This document shows, in pieces, positions 58,497 to 64,000 of a DNA stretch of 64,000 nucleotides; position 1 is the stretch's first letter, and each line of letters begins with the position of its first letter. The stretch comes from Acidimicrobiia bacterium (GTDB lineage: Bacteria; Actinomycetota; Acidimicrobiia; Spongiisociales; ZC4RG35). The notes under the pieces are model-generated. The model was not told where the DNA came from and ran no database searches. It worked only from the letters and a program-made list of their open reading frames with translations. The stretch is from positions 1,243-65,242 of the forward strand of contig PKRG02000006.1 of NCBI GenBank assembly GCA_017577575.2. Reading direction: 5' to 3'. A program made the translations under genes and the position numbers.

Positions 58497-59338
58497 GAGC
58501 TCTCCTCCAGCACATCGGCGAGGCGCTCCGCCACTTCCGCCGGGGTGTGGGTGCCGAACAGGTAAGGGAGGGCCAGTTCGACCGGCAGGTGCCCGAGCCA
58601 CTGCTGCTGTTCCTCCCACAGCGACTGGTGCAGAGCGGCCGCCTCCGCCACCGGGCCGTCCCGGCCCGGCACCTCCGCATCCAGCGGCGGCAGCACCCGG
58701 TTGGCGACGACGGACAGCGACCCGACGAGCTGTTCGGCTTCGACCCAGGCGATCGTCTCCTCCGTCTCCACCACCGGAAGCTCCTCGGGGAGGGTCACCA
58801 GCACGAGCCGTGTCCGGTCGGGGTCCGAGAGGATCTGTTCCATCCACTCGACCTGGTCGAGGATCCGTCCGCTGGCCACCAGCTCCCGCACCGTCCGCGC
58901 TGCCCGCAGGTAGCTCCCGATCTGGCCGGTGGGGGCGGCGTCGGCGACGACGAGGTCCCACACCCCGCGTTTGACCTCCCACAGCACCTTGCCGATGGTG
59001 ACCACCTCCCGGATGGCGGGGGCGGTGGAGGCCAGCGTGTCGAAGGCTCGTGCGGCCGGGCCGATCGTGGCCAGGGCGGGTATGCCGACCTGGACCCGCA
59101 GGTACTCGATGAGGGCCTCGGCCCGGTCGATCGTCGAGGCCTCCAGCCCTTCTCCGATCGGCCGGGGCTGGAAGGCGAGGTCGGGCTCCCCGAGGTGGGC
59201 GCCGAGACCGCCGCCGTCGAGCATGTCGATGGCGAGGACCCTCTCCCCGCGGCGGCGGGCCGCCAGGGCGTATGCGGCCGCTACCGCCGACTTGCCGACT
59301 CCTCCCTTGCCGGAGACCAGAACGAGCCGGCTGCTCAC
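58493..59338 (-). CDS. ArsA/GET3-like P-loop ATPase (first member of a pair)
   Basis: SSRLVLVSGKGGVGKSAVAAAYA (deviant Walker A). 281 aa. GTG start. Confidence 0.8.
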   Translation of the reverse strand: MSSRLVLVSGKGGVGKSAVAAAYALAARRRGERVLAIDMLDGGGLGAHLGEPDLAFQPRPIGEGLEASTIDRAEALIEYLRVQVGIPALATIGPAARAFDTLASTAPAIREVVTIGKVLWEVKRGVWDLVVADAAPTGQIGSYLRAARTVRELVASGRILDQVEWMEQILSDPDRTRLVLVTLPEELPVVETEETIAWVEAEQLVGSLSVVANRVLPPLDAEVPGRDGPVAEAAALHQSLWEEQQQWLGHLPVELALPYLFGTHTPAEVAERLADVLEESS

Positions 59339-59339
59339 A

Positions 59340-59558
59340 TCATCCGTTGGGACGGAGAGGGATGCGGAGAACCAGGTGATCGTCTTCCACCGACCACTTG
59401 GCGGCGGCGATGAGGGAGAAGTCGGTGAAGTCGATCTCCTTCTGCTCCAGGAACATCCTCCGCTCCGGCCCGGCCACCGGCGGCAGCGGCCGGTCCTTCA
59501 CGGCTTCGGCCCGCTCCGCGAAGCGGGCGATCATCGCATCGACGTCGAACTCAGCCAT
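59340..59558 (-). CDS. Small conserved-looking protein (72 aa), function unknown
   Basis: ATG start. The stop lies 1 nt before the ArsA-like gene start, in the same orientation, so it is probably the first gene of that operon. Confidence 0.5.
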   Translation of the reverse strand: MAEFDVDAMIARFAERAEAVKDRPLPPVAGPERRMFLEQKEIDFTDFSLIAAAKWSVEDDHLVLRIPLRPNG

Positions 59559-59652
59559 CCAACAAACCCCGTTCGGTCGGTCGTCTCAACGTATCACGGC
59601 CCCCGGCGATGACCGGAGTCCCGGCCACCACCGATTACCGTTGCCAGGGTAA

Positions 59653-59982
59653 GTGAAAACAGTCCACCTGCTCCGGCTCATCGTCTACATCCTCATCGGC
59701 GCGGCGCTCCTGATCGCAGCCGTGCCCCTGCTCGTCCTCCTCAGCCTGGTGCAGGGAGGGAGCGGGTTCGGGCTGTGCCCCGAGGGGATCACCAGCTGCC
59801 GCAACCCCTACACCGCCGCCCCCGAGCTGACCATGTTCCTGACGGTGGCGCTGCTCGTCATCGTGGCGGCCATCCGCATCATCACCCGGTACGCCCGCAA
59901 GCTGCAGTCCGAGGAGTACAAGGTCAGCTCGCCTCCTTCGGCGGCCGCCGAGGCTCAGTCGAACGACCGCACCACCAGGTAG
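59653..59982 (+). CDS. Small membrane protein (109 aa), function unknown
   Basis: Two strong TM spans flank a CPEGITSC loop. GTG start. The 3' end overlaps the convergent thioesterase gene by 28 nt. Confidence 0.5.
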   Translation: MKTVHLLRLIVYILIGAALLIAAVPLLVLLSLVQGGSGFGLCPEGITSCRNPYTAAPELTMFLTVALLVIVAAIRIITRYARKLQSEEYKVSSPPSAAAEAQSNDRTTR

Positions 59983-60392
59983 AGGCCCTTGCCGGTGACC
60001 GCCGGCTCGCCCCGTACCAGGAGCGACCCCGAGCAGCGCAGCCTCCGGCCCCGCCGCTCATCGACCTTCCCTCTCACCTCCACCTCGTCGGTCACCGTGA
60101 TCGGGCGGAGGAAGCGCAGCTCCATCGTCCCGGTCACCGTCAGCACCCTCTCGGCGAGGATCCCCGCCCACACCATGATCTCGTCGAGCACCGTCGCCGC
60201 CAGGCCGCCGTGGAGCGTCTCGCCGGCGCCGCCGTGATGGGCGATCGGCCGGAAGGTCGCCACCGCCTCGTCGCCGTCCATGGCCGCCGGCTCCAGATGC
60301 AGGCCGATCGGGTTGTCGGGCCCGCAGGCGAAACATCCCGGGTATTCGGCCCGGATCCCATCCACGAATGCGGCGGTCTCGGCGTCTAGCAA
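59955..60392 (-). CDS. PaaI-family (hotdog fold) thioesterase
   Basis: CFACGPDNPIGLHL...HHGGAGETLHGGLAATVLDEIM pattern typical of PaaI/YbgC-type hotdog thioesterases. TTG start, which is uncertain. Confidence 0.7.
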   Translation of the reverse strand: MLDAETAAFVDGIRAEYPGCFACGPDNPIGLHLEPAAMDGDEAVATFRPIAHHGGAGETLHGGLAATVLDEIMVWAGILAERVLTVTGTMELRFLRPITVTDEVEVRGKVDERRGRRLRCSGSLLVRGEPAVTGKGLYLVVRSFD

Positions 60393-60435
60393 AGCTGCAC
60401 TCCCTTCAGACGGTCGGCTCTACCATCGTCGGCCT

Positions 60436-61107
60436 GTGCCTGGATTGCGAGCAGACGGTACCCGTCCCACCGCCACCGAGAGGGGGCGGGCGCGGGCCAT
60501 CCTCAACCGGCTGAAGAAGAGATATCCCACCATCCGGACGGCGCTCGACTACCGGAACCCGTGGGAGCTGTTGGTGGCGACCGTCCTCTCCGCCCAGACC
60601 ACCGACGAGAACGTGAACCGGGTGGCGCCGGTCCTCTTCGAGAAGTACCCCGGCCCCGCCGAGCTGGCGGAGGCGAACCCCGAAGACGTGGAGCGGATCA
60701 TCTTCTCCACCGGGTTCTACCGGCAGAAGACGAAGTCGATCATCGCCCTGGCCGCCGCGGTCGAGGAGATGTACGACGGCGTCGTCCCCGACACGATCGA
60801 GGAGCTGGTGAAGCTGCCGGGGGTGGGCCGCAAGACCGCCTCGGTGCTGCTCGCTGAGGCGTGGAACAAGCCGGCGATCGCCGTCGACACCCACGTGAAG
60901 CGGGTCGCCGGTCGGCTGGAGCTCACCCACAACACCGACCCCGACAAGATCGAACAGGACCTGAAGGCGCTGTTCCCCACCGAGGAGTGGGCGGGTATCT
61001 CGATGCGGTTCATCCAGTTCGGGCGCGACGTGTGCACGGCCCGCAACCCCAAGTGCGGGTCGTGCGAGCTGCGCCTGTACTGCCCATGGCCCGACAAGCA
61101 GGCCTGA
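60436..61107 (+). CDS. nth: Endonuclease III
   Basis: LVATVLSAQTTDENVN, the HhH-GPD block LPGVGRKTASVLL, VDTHV, and the 4Fe-4S loop CTARNPKCGSCELRLYC. The start is uncertain; GTG 60436 was chosen to avoid overlap with the thioesterase. Confidence 0.85.
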   Translation: MPGLRADGTRPTATERGRARAILNRLKKRYPTIRTALDYRNPWELLVATVLSAQTTDENVNRVAPVLFEKYPGPAELAEANPEDVERIIFSTGFYRQKTKSIIALAAAVEEMYDGVVPDTIEELVKLPGVGRKTASVLLAEAWNKPAIAVDTHVKRVAGRLELTHNTDPDKIEQDLKALFPTEEWAGISMRFIQFGRDVCTARNPKCGSCELRLYCPWPDKQA

Positions 61108-62399
61108 GCCCCGTCGACCGGCGCATCCTGGCGCTGGCGGTCCCGGCCCTCGGCACGCTCGCCGCCGACCCGCTGCTCTCGCTCGTCGACACCGCCTTCG
61201 TGTCCCGGCTGGGAACGGTCCCGCTGGCGGCGCTGGGAGTCGACACCGCCCTCTTCTCGTTCGCCTTCTTCGCCTTCAACTTCCTCGCCTACGCCACCAC
61301 GCCGATGGTCGCCCGCCGCCTCGGCGCCGGCGACGACACCGGGGCGGGGCGGGTGGTGGCCCAGGCGGTCTACCTGGCGCTCGGCCTGGGGGTGGTCACC
61401 GCCACGGCTCTGATCGTGTTCGCTCCCGGTCTCGTCCGGCTGATGCAGGCGTCCGGGGAGGTGGTCGAACCGGCGGTCTCCTATCTCCGGATCCGGGCGC
61501 TGGCCGCCCCGGCGATGCTGGTCGTCACCGCCGGCCACGGTGCCTTCCGGGGCATGCACGACACCCGCACGCCACTCGGGGTCACCTTCGCCGCCAACGT
61601 GGCCAACGCCGTCTTGGACCCGGTTCTGATCTTCGGGCTGGGCTGGGGCATCGAAGGGGCGGCGGCGGCGACGGTGGTGGCGCAGTGGGGGGCGGCGGCG
61701 GCCTTCGTCTGGCTGCTGGGCCGTCACGGCCGGCGGGCGGGCTGGAGTTGGCGCTTGCCGCGCCTCGGGGAGCTGGTTCCGATGCTCGCCACCGGGAGCG
61801 TCCTCACGATCCGGACCCTGTTCCTCCAGCTCACGCTGACCGGGGCGACGGCGGTGGCGGCGCGGATCGGGTCGGCCGCCGTCGCTGCCCACCAGGTGCT
61901 GGCCCAGGTGTGGCTGCTGCTGGCGATGGCCGTGGATGCCCTGGCGATCGCCGCCCAGGCGATGGTCGCCGACGAGATCGGGAGGGGCGACAGGCCCGCC
62001 GCCCGCTCGGTGTCGATGCGGCTCGCCCGATGGGGCCTCGGGGCGGGGGTCGTCCTGATGCTGGTCCTGTTGGCGACCCGCGGCCTGCTGGCCGGCTGGT
62101 TCGGCCCCGACCCGGAGGTGGCCCGGCTCATCGAGGCGGCGGCGGTGGTGGCGGCGTTGATGCAGCCGTTGGCGGCGCTGGTGTTCGTCGCCGACGGTGT
62201 CTACATGGGGCTTTTGCGGGTGAGCTACCTCGTGTACTCCACCGCGGCGGGGGCGGCCGCGGCCGGTGTGGTGCTCGGGGCGGTGGTGGCCCGGGGCTGG
62301 GGCCTGGAGGCGGTGTGGTGGGCGGTGACGGCGATGATCGGTGCCCGTCTCGCCGTGCTGGTCGTCGCTTTCCCCCGGGCCCTCGCCCGGGCCGCCTAG
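61086..62399 (+). CDS. MATE-family efflux transporter (DinF-like)
   Basis: 12 TM spans. The N-terminal ILALAVPALGTLAADPLLSLVDTAFVSRLG is typical of MATE. ATG at 61086 overlaps nth by 22 nt. Confidence 0.8.
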   Translation: MARQAGLSPVDRRILALAVPALGTLAADPLLSLVDTAFVSRLGTVPLAALGVDTALFSFAFFAFNFLAYATTPMVARRLGAGDDTGAGRVVAQAVYLALGLGVVTATALIVFAPGLVRLMQASGEVVEPAVSYLRIRALAAPAMLVVTAGHGAFRGMHDTRTPLGVTFAANVANAVLDPVLIFGLGWGIEGAAAATVVAQWGAAAAFVWLLGRHGRRAGWSWRLPRLGELVPMLATGSVLTIRTLFLQLTLTGATAVAARIGSAAVAAHQVLAQVWLLLAMAVDALAIAAQAMVADEIGRGDRPAARSVSMRLARWGLGAGVVLMLVLLATRGLLAGWFGPDPEVARLIEAAAVVAALMQPLAALVFVADGVYMGLLRVSYLVYSTAAGAAAAGVVLGAVVARGWGLEAVWWAVTAMIGARLAVLVVAFPRALARAA

Positions 62400-63613
62400 A
62401 CGTCGTCCAGGCTGGTGCCCAGGGTCTCGGGGAGTAGGGCGGTGAGGACGGTCGCCACGAGCAGGCCGACGCCGAGCAGCGCCAGCGTGTCGAAGAGCCC
62501 CAGGCGGTCGATCGTGACGCTCCCGAACAGCAGCCCCAGAGCCGAGCCGACGGTGGCGAAGTAGTTGGCGGCGGTGTTGGCGTACCCGCGCAGTGACGTC
62601 GGGAACAGCTCCGAGCGGTGGGCCCCGCCGGAGGGGATGTAGGCGAAGGCGCCGAACGACGAGGCGAACGCCGCCAGCCACAGCATCCACAGGTCGGTGA
62701 CGGCATACAGCCCCAGCCCGCCGGCGAGGGCCAGGGACAGGGCGAGGATCGAGGTGGGCCGGCGCCCCCACGCGTCGGCGAGCCGCCCGCCCACGAAGAA
62801 CCCGAGCCCGCCGAGGGTGCCGCCGCCGACGGTGACGAGGATCGTGGTGGTGGCCGGGTACCCGAGGTCACCGATCAGGCGCTCGGTGGTGAAAGCCAGG
62901 CCCACCGCGGTGAAAGCCGACGACAGGAGGCCGATGGCGCCGACCAGCGCCAGACGGCGGGCCCACTCGCCCCGGAACAGCTCGATGCGGGGGAGCACGA
63001 CGAGATCTTCGCCGAGCAGCGGGGACTCGGGCAGGCGCCGCCACAGGAACGGCAGGACGACCACGAGCACGGCCGGCAGGCCGTGGGGGAGCCGCCAGCT
63101 GGCCGACTCGGCGAGAGGCAGCGTCATCACCGAGATCCCCGACCCGAGGCTGGCGGCGGCCCCGAAGAAGCTGATGGCATACGCCCGCACCGGCGGTGAC
63201 ACGCCTTCGGCCATCGCCACCACCGCCAGCGCCGACGTCGCCGCCGCCCCCACCCGGGCGAGGGCCTGGGCCGCCCCGTAGGTCACGGGGTCGGGGGCGA
63301 GGGCGCTGAGGCCGGTGGCGACCAGCAGCAAAGCGAGCGAGCCGATCAGCGGCCGTCGACGGCCGATGCGGTCGGCGAGGGCGCCGACGAACACGGCGAA
63401 GAAGGCGGCGAACCGGGCGATCGCCAGGATGAGGCTCATCCCGCCCTGGGTGACGCCGAGGTCGGCCCGGGTGAAGGGGACGAGGCTCGATGGCTCCCCC
63501 TGTGACCAGCCCATGGCCACGCCCGTCACCCACAGGAGGAAGATCATCCACTTGTCGTCTCCCGTCAGCGGGGCGGTGGGGAGAAACGGGCGGAGGACGG
63601 CGGGGGCGCGCAT
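62396..63613 (-). CDS. MFS transporter
   Basis: 405 aa, about 12 TM spans. GALADRIGRRRP is the MFS loop 2-3 signature. Confidence 0.8.
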   Translation of the reverse strand: MRAPAVLRPFLPTAPLTGDDKWMIFLLWVTGVAMGWSQGEPSSLVPFTRADLGVTQGGMSLILAIARFAAFFAVFVGALADRIGRRRPLIGSLALLLVATGLSALAPDPVTYGAAQALARVGAAATSALAVVAMAEGVSPPVRAYAISFFGAAASLGSGISVMTLPLAESASWRLPHGLPAVLVVVLPFLWRRLPESPLLGEDLVVLPRIELFRGEWARRLALVGAIGLLSSAFTAVGLAFTTERLIGDLGYPATTTILVTVGGGTLGGLGFFVGGRLADAWGRRPTSILALSLALAGGLGLYAVTDLWMLWLAAFASSFGAFAYIPSGGAHRSELFPTSLRGYANTAANYFATVGSALGLLFGSVTIDRLGLFDTLALLGVGLLVATVLTALLPETLGTSLDDV

Positions 63614-63670
63614 CGATCGGCGGAGAGTAGGCGATGCGGAGTTCTCGGGTTTTCGTGGGACACTGTCGGC

Positions 63671-64000
63671 ATGACTGAAGGTCTGGCGGAGTCGGGATTC
63701 CTCCTCCAGGCGGTGGTCGCCTTCGGCGGCGGGATCCTGTCTTTCGTTTCCCCTTGTGTCCTGCCCCTCCTGCCCGGGTACCTGGCGATGATGTCGGGTT
63801 ACTCGACCGCAGACGTCGCCGCCGGCCAGGTGCCGATGCGCACCATGCTGGGTCGGATCGGCATGTTCATCGCCGGGTTCACCGTCGTGTTCGCCGCCCT
63901 GGGGGCGTCGGCGACGTCCTTGTCGCAGGTGATCCGCCGCAACCTGCCGCAGCTCACCGTCGTGGCGGGAGCGGTGATCGTGGTGATGGGCGTGCTGATC
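63671..64000 (+). CDS. ccdA: Cytochrome c biogenesis protein CcdA / DsbD-family thiol-disulfide transporter (partial, runs off right edge)
   Basis: ATG at 63671 with an open frame to the window end. FVSPCVLPLLPGYLAMMSG is the CcdA signature. It is absent from the ORF track because there is no stop in the window. Confidence 0.8.
   Translation, partial: MTEGLAESGFLLQAVVAFGGGILSFVSPCVLPLLPGYLAMMSGYSTADVAAGQVPMRTMLGRIGMFIAGFTVVFAALGASATSLSQVIRRNLPQLTVVAGAVIVVMGVLI

Noticed and set aside
60280-60435. An N-terminal extension of endonuclease III (the track ORF starts at 60280).
   Set aside because: The extension overlaps the convergently read thioesterase gene (59955..60392) and has no similarity to Nth N-termini. 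The conserved Nth core begins shortly after GTG 60436.

Overview
This is a high-G+C (roughly 70% by eye), densely coding, actinobacterial-type chromosomal segment. I support about 70 protein genes. I recognised no rRNA, tRNA, CRISPR array, transposase or phage gene. The content is mostly core housekeeping:
- NDH-2, queG, glgP and ilvD at 0-7 kb.
- An SRPBCC / ArsA-like ATPase / ROK kinase group, an aminotransferase and ltaE at 7-13 kb.
- A DUF222-HNH gene next to a fluoride riboswitch with a split crcB pair at 13-15.5 kb.
- A FAS-II cluster, fabD-fabH-fabG-acpP-fabF, at 15.6-19.9 kb.
- A MoxR / DUF58 / transglutaminase operon at 22.7-27.1 kb.
- A complete dcw division and cell-wall cluster at 28.8-45.9 kb: mraZ-rsmH-ftsL-ftsI-murE-mraY-murD-ftsW-murG-murC-murB-ftsQ-ftsZ-pgeF-yggS-sepF-yggT-divIVA. 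It lacks murF.
- Then ileS, a DksA/TraR zinc-finger gene, lspA, rluD, a rhomboid protease, dnaE, a second ArsA-like ATPase pair, nth, and MATE and MFS transporters. A partial ccdA runs off the right edge.

I do not see a clear-cut new multigene system such as a defence island. The most interesting signals are non-coding or regulatory:
- A 30-nt start-anchored upstream element shared (23/30 identical) by a tiny Cys-rich gene and the DUF222-HNH gene. It has the same geometry as the mycobacterial RecA-independent (PafBC) DNA-damage promoter.
- A 28-bp two-tier RNA helix in the mraZ-rsmH spacer that buries the rsmH start codon.
- A helically phased GTGGGG (MraZ-box-like) array over the dcw promoter.
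- A perfect 10-bp hairpin with an alternative pairing partner in the AT-rich ftsQ-ftsZ spacer.
- Two interleaved 8-bp inverted repeats (pseudoknot topology) in the most AT-rich spot of the window, downstream of dnaE.
- An uncharacterised, translationally coupled gene trio ending in an HNH nuclease, just upstream of the dcw cluster.

All calls come from reading the sequence and recalling protein motifs. No database search was run.
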